Notes: generated by a model not told the origin, from the letters alone. A stretch of 64,000 bases of DNA from an uncultured Erysipelotrichia bacterium (GCA_964458855.1 CAYWJS010000001.1:70906-134905); one strand, 5' to 3'. Counted from the first letter of the stretch, positions 38,164-49,754 are shown. Made by a program: numbers and translations.

Positions 38164-39504
38164 CTAATTGTTTTGTCTTAAATAATTTGCAAATGCACTA
38201 GTATTCCTCATAAATAATAATTCAACTGTTCCTGTTGGACCATGACGATGTTTTCCAATTATTAATTCTGTCACAGAAGTATCACTTTTTTCTTCTGGAT
38301 CTCTACTATAATAATCTTCGCGGTATAAGAAGCAAACAATATCAGCATCTTGTTCAATACTTCCAGATTCACGAAGATCACTCATCAATGGTATTTTATC
38401 TTCACGTCCTTCAACACTACGTGAAAGTTGAGAAAGAGCAATAATTGGAACATCTAATTCCATTGCTAAAGTTTTTAAAAATCTTGATATTTCTGAAACT
38501 TCTTGTTGACGATTCCCTTGGTTTTTACCACTACCTTCTACTAATTGTAAGTAGTCAACTATAATTAAGCCTAAACCTTTTTCAGAGTTTGCAAGACGTC
38601 TACATTTTGCCCTTAGTTGATTTATTTTAATACCTGGTGTGTCATCAATATAAATATTTGTTGTTGCAAGTTGACTAATTGCTTCATTAATTTTTTTCCA
38701 ATCCTCATTTAAAATATTTCCACTACGCAATTTATGTCCATCAACTTTACCAACTGAACTAATAAGACGCATTGCAAGCTGTTCTGCTCCCATTTCTAAA
38801 CTAAATATTGCAACTGTTTCATCAGTTTGCATAGCAACATTTTTAGCAATATTTAAAGCAAAGGCAGTTTTCCCCATACCAGGACGAGAAGCAAGGATAA
38901 TTAAATCCTTTTTTTGTAGTCCTGCTGTTAATTTATCAAAATCAGTAAAACCTGTTGGAAGTCCTGTTACATTTCCCTTGTTACTGCTTAACATTTCTAA
39001 ATCAGATTGTGTTTTAAATAAAACTTCTTTAATAGAACGAAATTCTGTTGTAGTTTGTGCACGAATAATTGATAATATTTGCTTTTCTGCTTCATTTAAA
39101 ACATCATCCACATCATCTTGATTTTCATATCCCATTGTTACCATCTGTGTTGCAACATTAATTAGGCGTCTAAGTAATGATTTATCTTTTACTGCTTTTG
39201 CATAATATTCAACGTTTGCTGCTGTTGGAACAGAATTAACAAGTTCTGATAAATATTCTACTCCACCAACCTCATTAATTTTATTTTTATTATTTAATTC
39301 TGATGTAACTGTAGTAATATCAATTGGGATATTATTATCATTCATAGCAACTAAAGTGTCAAAAAGAATTTTATGTGAATCTAAATAAAAATCTTCACTT
39401 GAAACAATTCCTGTTGCAACTTCTATTGCCTCTTTTGAAATAAACATTGAACCAAGCAATGATTGTTCAGCTTCAATGTTTGTTGGAATTTTTTTATTTG
39501 CCAT
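38164..39504 (-). CDS. dnaC: Replicative DNA helicase (DnaB family; dnaC in Firmicute nomenclature)
   Basis: The Walker A motif GMGKTAF and the RecA-like core plus the N-terminal primase-interacting domain are present. The start was chosen at MANKKIP with a GGAGAGGAG RBS. Confidence 0.95.
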   Translation of the reverse strand: MANKKIPTNIEAEQSLLGSMFISKEAIEVATGIVSSEDFYLDSHKILFDTLVAMNDNNIPIDITTVTSELNNKNKINEVGGVEYLSELVNSVPTAANVEYYAKAVKDKSLLRRLINVATQMVTMGYENQDDVDDVLNEAEKQILSIIRAQTTTEFRSIKEVLFKTQSDLEMLSSNKGNVTGLPTGFTDFDKLTAGLQKKDLIILASRPGMGKTAFALNIAKNVAMQTDETVAIFSLEMGAEQLAMRLISSVGKVDGHKLRSGNILNEDWKKINEAISQLATTNIYIDDTPGIKINQLRAKCRRLANSEKGLGLIIVDYLQLVEGSGKNQGNRQQEVSEISRFLKTLAMELDVPIIALSQLSRSVEGREDKIPLMSDLRESGSIEQDADIVCFLYREDYYSRDPEEKSDTSVTELIIGKHRHGPTGTVELLFMRNTSAFANYLRQNN

Positions 39505-39505
39505 A

Positions 39506-39952
39506 TTACTTCTCCTCTCCAACATGAATCCTTAGTTTTGCTATTATATCACGATGTAATTCAATATTAACATATGTATATCCTAAAGTTGAAATTGGTT
39601 TTTCTAAACGAATTTTATTTTTGGGAATATCAAATCCCTTGTTTTTAAGTTCAGTTAAAATTTGCTTTGTTGAAATACTACCAAAAACTTTATCTCCTTC
39701 ACCTTTCTTTAATGTAAAGTTTAATTCTATATCTTCTAATTCTTTCTTTAAAATTTGCATTTTAACTATTTGTTCTTCTTCTTTGTTTTTCTTTTTTTGT
39801 TTTTCTTCTTCTAGCTTTCTTAAACTTTCTTTTGTTGCAGGAACTGCAAGACCTTGTCTAATTAAGTAGTTTTTGGCATAACCATCTTTTACATCTTTTA
39901 CCTCGCCTTTTTTTCCTTGACCTTTAACATCTTCAAGAAAAATTACTCGCAT
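39506..39952 (-). CDS. rplI: 50S ribosomal protein L9
   Basis: [30 protein letters not shown] is the canonical L9 N-terminus. Confidence 0.9.
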   Translation of the reverse strand: MRVIFLEDVKGQGKKGEVKDVKDGYAKNYLIRQGLAVPATKESLRKLEEEKQKKKNKEEEQIVKMQILKKELEDIELNFTLKKGEGDKVFGSISTKQILTELKNKGFDIPKNKIRLEKPISTLGYTYVNIELHRDIIAKLRIHVGEEK

Positions 39953-40014
39953 TTTATCACCTCTATTAATACAGGGTCGATTTAATTATACTATAAATTT
40001 ATAAAAAAATATAT

Positions 40015-40042
40015 AAAAGCCCAAATAAACATTTGGGCTTTT
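40015..40042 (-). terminator. Hairpin (aagcccaaat...atttgggctt) after the rpsR stop
   Basis: An inverted repeat followed by T-rich sequence on the - strand. Confidence 0.5.
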
Positions 40043-40047
40043 TTGTT

Positions 40048-40275
40048 TTAATCATTAACAAATGGTAATAAGGCCATTATACGTGCTCTTTTAATGCATC
40101 TTGTAACTTCCCTTTGGTGTTTTGCACATAAACCTGTAAGACGGCGTGGTAAAATTTTACCACGTTCACTCAGATACCTTTTTAAACTATCAACATCTTT
40201 ATAATCTGCTACTGCATCTTTTTCGCAGTAGTAACATTTTTTTGCCTTTCCCTTTTTTAGTTGTTCGGGATTCAT
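40048..40275 (-). CDS. rpsR: 30S ribosomal protein S18
   Basis: [42 protein letters not shown] is canonical S18. Confidence 0.9.
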   Translation of the reverse strand: MNPEQLKKGKAKKCYYCEKDAVADYKDVDSLKRYLSERGKILPRRLTGLCAKHQREVTRCIKRARIMALLPFVND

Positions 40276-40291
40276 GTTTTACTACCTCCTT

Positions 40292-40765
40292 TTAAAATGG
40301 CAGATCATCATCTGAAATGTCAATCATTTGACCAAAACTTTCAAATGGATCATTTTGTAAATCTGTAGTTTCCTCCTCAAGATTTAAAACATCTGTATCC
40401 ATAGTAGTACTATCAATTTCTAACTTTTGCGCTCTTGCTTCGCTTTGACTTTTTGTTTCAAGAAACTCAACATTATCAGCAACTACTTCTGTTACATATC
40501 TTCTTGTTCCATCTTGAGCTTCAAAACTTCTTGTTTGAATTCTTCCATCAATTCCAACTAAACTTCCTTGGTGCAAAAAATTTTTTACATTTTCTGCTTG
40601 TTTACGCCAAACAACAATATTAATAAAATCTGCTTCATGAACACCCTCTTGATTTGTAAATGGGCGATTTACTGCCAAAGAAAAAGTTGCAACTGGAATA
40701 TTACTTGCAGTATATCTTAACTCTGGTTCTCTAGTTAATCTTCCTACTAAGGTTACTCGGTTCAT
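40292..40765 (-). CDS. ssb: Single-stranded DNA-binding protein
   Basis: [19 protein letters not shown] (OB fold) and the acidic C-terminal tail DDDLPF are present. Confidence 0.9.
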   Translation of the reverse strand: MNRVTLVGRLTREPELRYTASNIPVATFSLAVNRPFTNQEGVHEADFINIVVWRKQAENVKNFLHQGSLVGIDGRIQTRSFEAQDGTRRYVTEVVADNVEFLETKSQSEARAQKLEIDSTTMDTDVLNLEEETTDLQNDPFESFGQMIDISDDDLPF

Positions 40766-40782
40766 AATACTACCTTCTTTCT

Positions 40783-41067
40783 TTAATCAAGTTTTATAAT
40801 CATATGCCGAAGAACATGCTCATTGATACTTGCTAAACGTTCAAATTCGCGAACTGCATTTTTTTCTGCCTCAACTTGAAATATATAATAATATCCTTTG
40901 TTGTGTTTTTCAATTTCGTATGCTAATTCACGATGACCCCAATCCGTTGTTTCAACTATTTTAGCTTTATTTTTTGTTAAAATTTCTTCTAAATCTTTGA
41001 TTGTCTTTTGGATTGTTTCTTCATCTAAATTAGCACTAATAATTACCATTATTTCATATTTTGGCAT
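40783..41067 (-). CDS. rpsF: 30S ribosomal protein S6
   Basis: [17 protein letters not shown]...[16 protein letters not shown] is canonical S6. Confidence 0.9.
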   Translation of the reverse strand: MPKYEIMVIISANLDEETIQKTIKDLEEILTKNKAKIVETTDWGHRELAYEIEKHNKGYYYIFQVEAEKNAVREFERLASINEHVLRHMIIKLD

Positions 41068-41180
41068 TTTATTCCCTCCTTTTGGTCTTATGGCCTACTT
41101 TAAGGCAAGGAGTAATTTCTTACTCGCTTACTGAATTATATCAAAATTTATTATATTTGTAAACCAGGGATTTTAAGGAT

Positions 41181-42281
41181 TTAAACATTAAATCGAAAGA
41201 AGCAAATATCCCCGTCTTGAACCTCATAATCTTTTCCTTCTAAACGGTATCTTCCGTGCTCTCTTACTGATTTTTCACTACCAAAATGCACTAAATCATC
41301 ATAGCTCATAACTTCTGCGCAGATAAACCCACGTTCAAAGTCAGAATGAATAATACCAGCACATTTAGGAGCTTTCATTCCTGTTTTAAAAGTCCAAGCT
41401 CTAACTTCTTTTTCACCTGCGGTAAAAAATGTGGCAAGACCAAGTAATGAATAAGTCGCCTTAATTAATTGATCAAGACCACTTTCTTTAATTCCTAACT
41501 CCTGCAATAATTCCTTTTTTTCTTCATCACTTAAAGTGGCTAATTCAGCTTCAATTTTTGCACAAATTACCATTACTTCGGCATTATCATTTTTTGCATA
41601 TTCCTTTGCTTGAAAAACAAAAAGATTATCATTAGGATTAAACAAGTCATTCTCATCAACATTTAAAACATAAATTATTGGTTTTATACTTAATAAATTA
41701 TATGACTTTAATAATTGTTTTTCCTCTATATTAAGATTAATACTTCTAATTGATTTTCCTTGTTCTAAGGTTTCTTTTATTCTTGTTAAAAGTAAAAGTT
41801 CTAAAATCGCTTCTTGTTCTCCACTTTTTGCTTTTTTTTCGAGTTTTGAAATTCTATTTACAACAACTTCTAAATCTGCATAAATAAGTTCTAAATTGAT
41901 TATTTCAATATCACGAACTGGATCAACACGACCCTCAACATGAGTAATGTTGTCATCTTCAAAACAACGTACAACATGACAAATCGCATCTGTTTCTCGG
42001 ATGTGTGCCAAAAACTTGTTACCTAGGCCTTCACCATGAGATGCACCTTTAACAAGCCCAGCAATATCAATAAATTCAAATGTTGTAGGAATTGTTTGCT
42101 TTGGTTTATAAATATTAGTTAATACTTCTAAACGTTCATCAGGAACAGCAACTACCCCAACATTAGGTTCAATGGTCGCAAAAGGATAATTTGCAGCAAG
42201 TACTTCTGATTGAGTAATAGCATTAAAAACCGTACTTTTCCCTACATTAGGAAGACCAATAATTCCCGCTTTTAGTGACAC
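41181..42281 (-). CDS. ychF: Ribosome-binding ATPase YchF (Obg-family GTPase)
   Basis: G1 GLPNVGKST, the TGS domain and the C-terminal FRFNV are present. Confidence 0.95.
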   Translation of the reverse strand: MSLKAGIIGLPNVGKSTVFNAITQSEVLAANYPFATIEPNVGVVAVPDERLEVLTNIYKPKQTIPTTFEFIDIAGLVKGASHGEGLGNKFLAHIRETDAICHVVRCFEDDNITHVEGRVDPVRDIEIINLELIYADLEVVVNRISKLEKKAKSGEQEAILELLLLTRIKETLEQGKSIRSINLNIEEKQLLKSYNLLSIKPIIYVLNVDENDLFNPNDNLFVFQAKEYAKNDNAEVMVICAKIEAELATLSDEEKKELLQELGIKESGLDQLIKATYSLLGLATFFTAGEKEVRAWTFKTGMKAPKCAGIIHSDFERGFICAEVMSYDDLVHFGSEKSVREHGRYRLEGKDYEVQDGDICFFRFNV

Positions 42282-42295
42282 TTTAAATCACCTTT

Positions 42296-43882
42296 CTACG
42301 GAGCAATGTAAATTGGTGCACTAGGTCCCAAAGGAATTCCAAGATACATCCAAAGAATTATGAAAAGTGTCCAAATAATTAGGGTAATAATTGCGTACGG
42401 AAACATTAAAAAAATTAGTTTTCCAACAGAAAATGGACGATTTTTATCTTCTACATATTTATTTGCAAATCCAACTATTAATGGAAAATATATAAGCAAT
42501 GGTGTAATCATATTAGTAGTTGCGTTTCCAATACGATATAGCATTTGGGTAAATTCTGGTGTTAAACCCAGTTGCATAAATATTGGTACAAAAATTGGTG
42601 AAATAATCGACCACTTAATAGTTGGTGATGTTAAAAACAGATTTATAAAAGCAACGATTAATATAAACATAACAAGTAGGGGAAGTCCAGTAAAATTCCA
42701 ACTATAAATGTGGTTTGCTAAAGTAACTGTTAAAATTGTTCCTAAGTTTGTAACTTTAAATAAATGAAGAAACTGAGCAGCAAAGAAAATAAGTACAATA
42801 TATTGTCCAATTGTATTAACTGATTGTGCCATCATATTATAAACATCTTTATCATTTTTAATTGTTTTTGCACAAATCCCATAAAAGATACCTGCTATTA
42901 AAAAGAGAAGAGACACTAAAATAACTATTCCCCGTTGAAATAAAGAGTCAGGTCCTAATAATTGGTCAGCATAAATTGTTTTTGTTGAATCAAGAAGAAC
43001 TCCAGAAAAAGGTAAGTCTGGAATAATTGAATAAACAATAATAACTAAATAAATAATTATTGCAATAGCGGCAAATAATAATCCTCTTTTTTCATTAGGT
43101 TTAAAATCAAACTCTTCTACTTCATCTTTCTTTTTATAACGACCTAGTTTTGGTTCAATAATTTTTTCTGTAACTAGCGTCCCAAGAATAACCATTACAA
43201 ATGTTGATACAATCATAAAAAACCAGTTTCCTATAATTGATACATGATATGTAGAATCCATTATTTGAGCAGCTGAAGTTGTATAACCACTAAGAATCGC
43301 ATCTATTGGTCCAACCATTAGATTGGCACCATAACCAACAGTAACACCAAAGAAGGCTGCTAAAATACCGCTTATTGGATGTCTTCCGTAACTTAAAAAT
43401 ATTAATCCTGCTAAAGGAATTACAAATACATATCCTACATCTGTTACAATAGTTGAGATTATTCCTGCTAAAATTACAGTTGCTGTAGTTAGTTTTGCTG
43501 GTGCTTTTATGGCAATCCACTTTAAAATGCTTTTTAAAAATCCTGACCCTTCAGCAACTCCAACACCAAGTATCGCTATTAAAATAATTGCTAAAGGTTC
43601 GAAAGTAATAAACACTCCTATCATGTTGTCAAAAATATAACGTAATCCTTCAGCATTTAAAAAGGAGCGAACACTTATTTGTTGCATTTGAACTTGTCCT
43701 GTTTCATTGATAAAGTCGTAGTTAACAGAAAGTCCAAAATGTGCTGCAATTTCACTAATAATTATTGTCAGCAGTGTAAGCACAATAAAAATTGTAATCG
43801 GATGAGGAATGTATTTCTCCATCTTTTTCATAAAAGAAATATATTCACGATTTATTTCTGTTGTTTCATTCACCTTTACCAC
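42296..43882 (-). CDS. abgT: AbgT family transporter (p-aminobenzoyl-glutamate transporter-like)
   Basis: 528 aa. Blocks are conserved with E. coli AbgT (HPITIF..., SFLNAEGL, YGRHPISGILAAFFGVTVGYGANL, DAILSGYTTSAAQ, HVSIIGNWFFM, TEKIIEPKLG). Confidence 0.85.
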   Translation of the reverse strand: MVKVNETTEINREYISFMKKMEKYIPHPITIFIVLTLLTIIISEIAAHFGLSVNYDFINETGQVQMQQISVRSFLNAEGLRYIFDNMIGVFITFEPLAIILIAILGVGVAEGSGFLKSILKWIAIKAPAKLTTATVILAGIISTIVTDVGYVFVIPLAGLIFLSYGRHPISGILAAFFGVTVGYGANLMVGPIDAILSGYTTSAAQIMDSTYHVSIIGNWFFMIVSTFVMVILGTLVTEKIIEPKLGRYKKKDEVEEFDFKPNEKRGLLFAAIAIIIYLVIIVYSIIPDLPFSGVLLDSTKTIYADQLLGPDSLFQRGIVILVSLLFLIAGIFYGICAKTIKNDKDVYNMMAQSVNTIGQYIVLIFFAAQFLHLFKVTNLGTILTVTLANHIYSWNFTGLPLLVMFILIVAFINLFLTSPTIKWSIISPIFVPIFMQLGLTPEFTQMLYRIGNATTNMITPLLIYFPLIVGFANKYVEDKNRPFSVGKLIFLMFPYAIITLIIWTLFIILWMYLGIPLGPSAPIYIAP

Positions 43883-43884
43883 CT

Positions 43885-44070
43885 CTAATTCTCAATAACC
43901 TTTTTTAGTTTCCTTTTAAATTCTTCTCGTGCAAGTAAAACAGTGCGACCACAATTTAAGCATTTAATTCGAACATCAAGACCTACCCTTATTACTTCCC
44001 ATTTATTTTTTCCACACGGATGTTTTTTTCTCATTTCTACAATTGAACCTAAATTATATGTCTTTTCCAT
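43885..44070 (-). CDS. DUF951 small protein (YyzM-like)
   Basis: [54 protein letters not shown] lies upstream of this ATG. The ORF-track TTG extension was rejected. Confidence 0.6.
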   Translation of the reverse strand: MEKTYNLGSIVEMRKKHPCGKNKWEVIRVGLDVRIKCLNCGRTVLLAREEFKRKLKKVIEN

Positions 44071-45091
44071 GCTTCCCCTCCGTATGAACAATTAATTGTC
44101 GAATTGGAATAGTAATATTTTCTTTTTCAAATTCAAGTTTAATATATTTTCTTAAAGCTCTTTCAACAGTTAAATATTGCATTGGTTCAGTCTCGGCAAT
44201 AATTCCAATAATAACACCATTATCTGCAAAATCTTCTACTCCTAAAACACTTATATTTTCAACTATTTCTTTTAAGTTTTCTCTTACCTTTTCTACTGCT
44301 CTATTAATTAAATTTTCCATTTCTTCTAAAGGTTTATCATATGGAACGGCAACTTTAATATATGCATATGAGTTTCTAATACTGTAATTAATAATATCTT
44401 TAATATTTGCATTATTAACTAATTTAACATTACCCTGCCAATTTCTTAATCTTGTATAAATTAATCCTATATCCTCTACTTCTCCTGTATAACCATCAAT
44501 TTCAACAACATCACCTATTGCAATTTGATCTCCAAAAATCAAAAACAGGCCAGAAATTATTCCTTTAATGTAGTCTTGAGCACCAAAAGCAACAATAATA
44601 CTAGCTATTCCAGCCCCAGTTAAAAAACCTCTTGTGTTAATTCCATACATTTCTAAAAGGAAAATTATAAAAATAAACCAAATAATATAACTCATAAATT
44701 GTTGTATAAGCCCAGTAATTGTTATAATTTTCTTTTTATTTCTTTTACTTTTTGGTAATTTAAGAGAAAATATTTTTTTAATTAAAAAGTTACTTACAAT
44801 AATCGCAATCCTTGCAACTAAAAAATAAATAATTGTAAGATATATAAAAGTTAAAATGTCAATAATTTTATTTCGTATTTCATTTGTAATTATTAAAATT
44901 ACTATTAACCAAATTAAAACAGAAGAAATTAATTTAAAATTTTTAATATCTTTTTCATCATCAATCATTTGTAAGTTTAATGCTTTTAGTTTATGAGCAT
45001 TTTTTAAAACTAAAACATTAATAATTATTGCAGTAAGAACAATAATATAGATGTTTGGGTGTCTGAGATAATCGATAATTATATCGCGCAT
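44054..45091 (-). CDS. mscS: Small-conductance mechanosensitive channel (MscS family)
   Basis: N-terminal TM helices and the MscS pore/beta domain ([35 protein letters not shown]) are present. Confidence 0.75.
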   Translation of the reverse strand: MRDIIIDYLRHPNIYIIVLTAIIINVLVLKNAHKLKALNLQMIDDEKDIKNFKLISSVLIWLIVILIITNEIRNKIIDILTFIYLTIIYFLVARIAIIVSNFLIKKIFSLKLPKSKRNKKKIITITGLIQQFMSYIIWFIFIIFLLEMYGINTRGFLTGAGIASIIVAFGAQDYIKGIISGLFLIFGDQIAIGDVVEIDGYTGEVEDIGLIYTRLRNWQGNVKLVNNANIKDIINYSIRNSYAYIKVAVPYDKPLEEMENLINRAVEKVRENLKEIVENISVLGVEDFADNGVIIGIIAETEPMQYLTVERALRKYIKLEFEKENITIPIRQLIVHTEGKHGKDI

Positions 45092-45975
45092 TACAATTCC
45101 TCCTCAGAAATTGATAACACCTCTAAAATTCGTTTTAAATCTTCTTTATCATTATAAAAAATAGTGATTTTATTATTTTTAATAGTCACTTTATTTCCTA
45201 TTTTTTCCCTCATTAAATTTTCTAAATGTTGATATTTAGTATGAATTTCTTTCTTTCTTCTTGGTTTTTTCTCAGTTGAATAATTAGAATTTTCAAGTTG
45301 ACGAACACTTAATCCTTCTTTTATAACCTTTTCAGCAAGCTCTAAAATAATTTCTGGATCATCATATTTACTTAAAACTCTTGCATGTCCCATTGAAATT
45401 TTGTTTTCTAATACCATTTTTTGTATTTCTTCAGGTAGTCGTAAAAGTCCAATAATATTTGTAATATGTGAGCGACTCTTACCTAACTTGTCTGCTAATT
45501 CTTGTTGTGTTAATCCTGTTTTCTCAAGTAAAGCAACATAGGCTTTTGCTTCCTCTATCGCACTTAAATCTTCCCGTTGTAAGTTTTCTAGAAGAGCTAT
45601 TTCCATCATCTCATCATCGGAAAAATCTTTTACAATTGCTGGAATTGTTTCTAAGCCTGCCATTTTACTTGCGCGAAAACGACGCTCTCCAGCAACAATT
45701 TCATAACCATGAATACTTGGTTTTACAATAATTGGTTGTAAAACTCCATGTTCAAGAATTGATGTTTTTAATTCATTTAAAGCCTCTTCATCAAAATGTT
45801 TACGTGGTTGATAAGGATTAGGACGTAGTTTTGAAAGTGGTATTTCAATTATTTCTTCACTTTTAGTTTCTCTTAAAATTTTTCTTTCTAGTTGTTCTAC
45901 ATCCAAAGCTTCACTTTTAAATAATTCTTCTAAACCTTTTCCTAAAGCTCTTTTTTTATTTTCCATTTCGCTCAA
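45091..45975 (-). CDS. parB: Chromosome partitioning protein ParB (Spo0J)
   Basis: The ParB box GERRFRA and an HTH (TQQELADKLGKSRSHITN) are present. It overlaps parA by 20 nt. Confidence 0.9.
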   Translation of the reverse strand: MSEMENKKRALGKGLEELFKSEALDVEQLERKILRETKSEEIIEIPLSKLRPNPYQPRKHFDEEALNELKTSILEHGVLQPIIVKPSIHGYEIVAGERRFRASKMAGLETIPAIVKDFSDDEMMEIALLENLQREDLSAIEEAKAYVALLEKTGLTQQELADKLGKSRSHITNIIGLLRLPEEIQKMVLENKISMGHARVLSKYDDPEIILELAEKVIKEGLSVRQLENSNYSTEKKPRRKKEIHTKYQHLENLMREKIGNKVTIKNNKITIFYNDKEDLKRILEVLSISEEEL

Positions 45976-46738
45976 TCACTTCCTTAGCTAAATTTAAATA
46001 TGCTTCTGCACCCCTACTACTTGGGTCATAATATATTATTGGTTTTCCATATGATGGCGCCTCACTTAATCTAACTAAACGAGGAATAATTGTATCATAT
46101 ACTTTTTCCCTAAAAAATTTAAGAATATCTTGTGTTACTTCATAGCCAAGATTAGTTCGTGCATCAAGCATTGTAAGTAATACCCCTTCAATTTTTAAGT
46201 AAGGATTTAATTGTTTTTGAGCAAGTAAGATTGTATTCATAAGTTGAGTAACTCCTTCTAGCGGAAAATATTCGCACTGAACAGGAATAATTACTGAATC
46301 TGATGCAGTTAAAGCATTAGTTGTAAGAATTCCTAGTGAAGGTGGGCAATCAATAATTATAAAGTCATATTCATCTTTAATTGGATCAATTGCTTTTTTC
46401 AGTTGTCTTTCTTTTGCAATTCCGCTATATTTACTCATCTCTAATAATTCTATATCTGCACCTACTAAATTAATAGTTGCAGGAATTAAATCTAAATTTT
46501 TAAATTCTGTTTTAATAATTACATCTTTTGCGGGAACATTTTTAACAATCATACTATAACTACACTCATCAACATCTCCACGATTTATTCCAACCCCTGT
46601 TGTTGAATTCCCTTGAGGGTCCATATCTATTAATAACACCTTTTTTCCTAAGTACCCTAAACTAGCTGCAAGGTTAATGCTAGTAGTAGTTTTCCCAACT
46701 CCACCTTTTTGATTTATTAGAGAAATTATTTTTCCCAT
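45956..46738 (-). CDS. parA: Chromosome partitioning ATPase ParA (Soj)
   Basis: The deviant Walker A KGGVGKTT is present, and the fold and length are ParA/MinD-like. Confidence 0.9.
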   Translation of the reverse strand: MGKIISLINQKGGVGKTTTSINLAASLGYLGKKVLLIDMDPQGNSTTGVGINRGDVDECSYSMIVKNVPAKDVIIKTEFKNLDLIPATINLVGADIELLEMSKYSGIAKERQLKKAIDPIKDEYDFIIIDCPPSLGILTTNALTASDSVIIPVQCEYFPLEGVTQLMNTILLAQKQLNPYLKIEGVLLTMLDARTNLGYEVTQDILKFFREKVYDTIIPRLVRLSEAPSYGKPIIYYDPSSRGAEAYLNLAKEVIERNGK

Positions 46739-46805
46739 GTTACTTCACCTTTCTTTCGCGTCACTTCCATTTTAACAAAAATAAATCTTTTTTTAAATAG
46801 TTAAG

Positions 46806-46832
46806 TTTTTTAAAAAGAAAAATAGCAATTTT
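46806..46832 (-). terminator. Hairpin (aaatagcaatt-ttaa-ttgctattt) after prepilin-like gene P3
   Basis: An inverted repeat plus a T-run. Confidence 0.5.
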
Positions 46833-47811
46833 AATTGCTATTTTGTAACCAACTATCTAATACTTCTTTTGATGGTTCATTGCTGGCCCCAAAAAGTTCG
46901 GTTAAGTCAATAATAGCTACACTATCCATATAACCCGCAAATTCTCTTACACCGCCACTCATATTTAAGTAAAAATATAAATAAAAGGTATCGTTTAAAG
47001 AATATGTTGGGCGAGTTTTTAAATCAATCCATGTACTTGTTCGGGTCCAATGGTTTGGGACAACATTTCCTGTTGGCGTCATATTAGTTTGGCTTTTTGT
47101 GTGGTTGTATAAATTTATTCCTATAGTGCCTTTAGCTCGTTCATCACGATAAACATAACCTACTAAATAATAGATATGATTAACATTAATTAAGTTAGCT
47201 CCTAAATTGTAAGTCATTCCACCATAATCATTTGTATGAGTTGCATCATCTGGATAAGATAGATACTGGCTTTTTTTACCTGAAAATTTTTGTTCTGTTG
47301 ATAAGCTTTTTTGGTTTGGATTCCATCCTATATTCCAACCCTTAGCATTACCACTACTATTTGCTACTTCCATATCACCAATTTCACCAATTAAACTATG
47401 CTGCAACATAAATTGCAGAGCATCTGTTATATAATTTGGGCAAACTAAATTAACTTTATAATCATATTTATTTTCTCTTAGCTTAGTAATTTTCGCATAT
47501 GATAAGTGCTCCCAACAAGTTTCTTTTGCCTCAGAAAATTGATCTTGAATTGGTTTTATAAGTCCTAGTTCAATTAGTGTTTCTAACTTTACCACTACAC
47601 TTTTATTATTTTCAGATGGTAATAATACAGGGTTATCTAAAACATAGTTTTCAGCTGCAATTAAAAACAATTCCTCAGCTTTTTTCATTGCATCCAATCT
47701 TTGTTTTCTAATAAGTGCAACAAATGATTGAGTAGCAATGTATGCAATAATACCAAAAATTCCAATAACAGCAATAATTTCAATTAAACTAATACCCCTA
47801 TTGTTTTTCAC
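46831..47811 (-). CDS. Prepilin-type pseudopilin-like protein with an extended C-terminal domain (paralog P3)
   Basis: A GTG start with an AAGAGGTGA RBS lies 18 bp after the mnmG stop. The N-terminus MKNNRG^ISLIEIIAVIGIFGIIAYIA is followed by a ComGC-like core (AAENYVLDNP...LIELGLIKPIQD...C). The C-terminal motif DLTELFGASNEPSKEVLD is shared with P2. Confidence 0.5.
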   Translation of the reverse strand: MKNNRGISLIEIIAVIGIFGIIAYIATQSFVALIRKQRLDAMKKAEELFLIAAENYVLDNPVLLPSENNKSVVVKLETLIELGLIKPIQDQFSEAKETCWEHLSYAKITKLRENKYDYKVNLVCPNYITDALQFMLQHSLIGEIGDMEVANSSGNAKGWNIGWNPNQKSLSTEQKFSGKKSQYLSYPDDATHTNDYGGMTYNLGANLINVNHIYYLVGYVYRDERAKGTIGINLYNHTKSQTNMTPTGNVVPNHWTRTSTWIDLKTRPTYSLNDTFYLYFYLNMSGGVREFAGYMDSVAIIDLTELFGASNEPSKEVLDSWLQNSN

Positions 47812-47829
47812 AATTTCACCTCTTAGCTT

Positions 47830-49695
47830 TCATTCTTTTCCTTGTTGTTTTAAATAAAGTAGTAATATTGAAATATCAGCAGGATTTACTCCACTAATTC
47901 TTGCTGCTTGTCCAATTGAAAGTGGTCTAATTTCTTTTAGTTTTTGTCTTGCTTCAATACTTATATTATTTATTTTATCATAATCAATATCACTAGGTAT
48001 TAATTTGTTTTCTAATTTTAACAATTTTTCTACCTCGCGCTTTGTTTTGGCAATATAACCTGCATATTTTAGTTCTATTTCTACTTGTTCATAAATTTCA
48101 GGGGATTCTTCTATTTTTGTTAGTTCTTTAATATGTGTTGCATTAATTTCTGATCGTTTTAATAATTGACTTGCTGTTATGCGGTCTAAAAGTTTTGAAG
48201 AAGGAATGTTTTCAAGATAGTCATTAGTTTCTTTACGAGGATAAAGCCAAAAATTATCTAGTTTTTCTTTTAGGTGTTCAATGCGATTTTTCTTTTCGGT
48301 AAATTTCTTGAAAATTTCTTCACTAATTAATCCTGCCTGATAACCATATTCCCTTAATCTTAAATCAGCATTATCATGCCGAAGTAATAAACGATATTCT
48401 GCTCTTGAAGTTAAAAGGCGATATGGTTCAAGTGTTCCTTTTGTTACAAGATCATCTATCATAACACCAATATATGCTTCACTTCTTTTTAAAATAAGCG
48501 GTTCTTTTCCTTTTAATTTAAGTCCTGCATTAATTCCTGCAATTAAACCTTGAGCTGCTGCTTCTTCATATCCACTTGTTCCATTAATTTGGCCTGCAGT
48601 ATATAAATTTTCAATAAGTTTTGTTTCCAGTGTTGGCCAAAGTTGAGTTGGAACAATTGCATCATACTCTATCGCATAACCATATCTTTTAACAATACAA
48701 TTTTCTAAACCAGGGATAGTTCTAATAACTGCATCTTGAACATCTTCCGGAAGACTTGAAGAAAGACCTTGAACATATATATCATCATAATAAATACTTT
48801 CTGGTTCAAGAAAGATTTGATGACGTTCTTTATCCGCAAAACGCACAATTTTATCTTCAATTGAAGGGCAATATCTTGGACCAACGCTTTTTAAATCTTT
48901 TAAACCACCATACATACTGGATTTTTGTAAATTTTCTTGAATAATTTTTTTTGTTTCTTCTGTTGTATAAGTCAAATAACAAGCTTTTTGTTCCTCTGTA
49001 TTGTAACTAGGTGCAACATCATGACTAAAGGCACGTAAAACATTATCTCCTGGTTGAATAATTGTTTTCGAAAAATCAATCGAAGATCTTTCAACACGCG
49101 GTGGCGTTCCTGTTTTTAAACGAATAATTTCAAAACCAAGGCGAGCAAAATTATCTGATAAATGTTCTGAACGTTCTAAATTATCTGGACCTGATGGTGT
49201 TCTTGTACTTCCAATTAAAATTTCACTTTTCATATAAGTTCCTGTCGTAACAATAACAACTTTTGCTGTTATTTTATCACCATTTTTTAAAACAACACCT
49301 TGAACTTTATTATCTTTTACAATAAAGTCTTCAACAAAACTTTCAAATATTTCAAGATTAGGGGTATTTTCTAACTCTTTCATCATTTCTTCATGATAAG
49401 TTATTTTATCAATTTGGGCGCGAAGAGCTTGAACAGCAGGTCCCTTTCTTGTATTTAAAAGTTTCATTTGCAATTGTGATTTATCTGTAACACGTCCCAT
49501 TACTCCTCCTAAGGCATCTATTTCTCTAACAACTACTCCTTTTGCTGGTCCACCAATAGAAGGGTTACATGGGGTGTTAGCAATTGATTTTAAATTAGCT
49601 GTAATTAAAATAGTTCTTAATTTCATTTTACTTGTGGCAAGAGCCGCTTCACAACCAGCATGGCCCCCACCTACTACAATTACATCATATTTCAT
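47830..49695 (-). CDS. mnmG: tRNA uridine 5-carboxymethylaminomethyl modification enzyme MnmG (GidA)
   Basis: The FAD-binding motif [16 protein letters not shown] and a full-length GidA architecture are present. Confidence 0.95.
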   Translation of the reverse strand: MKYDVIVVGGGHAGCEAALATSKMKLRTILITANLKSIANTPCNPSIGGPAKGVVVREIDALGGVMGRVTDKSQLQMKLLNTRKGPAVQALRAQIDKITYHEEMMKELENTPNLEIFESFVEDFIVKDNKVQGVVLKNGDKITAKVVIVTTGTYMKSEILIGSTRTPSGPDNLERSEHLSDNFARLGFEIIRLKTGTPPRVERSSIDFSKTIIQPGDNVLRAFSHDVAPSYNTEEQKACYLTYTTEETKKIIQENLQKSSMYGGLKDLKSVGPRYCPSIEDKIVRFADKERHQIFLEPESIYYDDIYVQGLSSSLPEDVQDAVIRTIPGLENCIVKRYGYAIEYDAIVPTQLWPTLETKLIENLYTAGQINGTSGYEEAAAQGLIAGINAGLKLKGKEPLILKRSEAYIGVMIDDLVTKGTLEPYRLLTSRAEYRLLLRHDNADLRLREYGYQAGLISEEIFKKFTEKKNRIEHLKEKLDNFWLYPRKETNDYLENIPSSKLLDRITASQLLKRSEINATHIKELTKIEESPEIYEQVEIELKYAGYIAKTKREVEKLLKLENKLIPSDIDYDKINNISIEARQKLKEIRPLSIGQAARISGVNPADISILLLYLKQQGKE

Positions 49696-49754
49696 GTGGT
49701 TCACCCCTAGTTATATTATTATACACCAACGAAAAGAATATAAAAATAAAAAAA

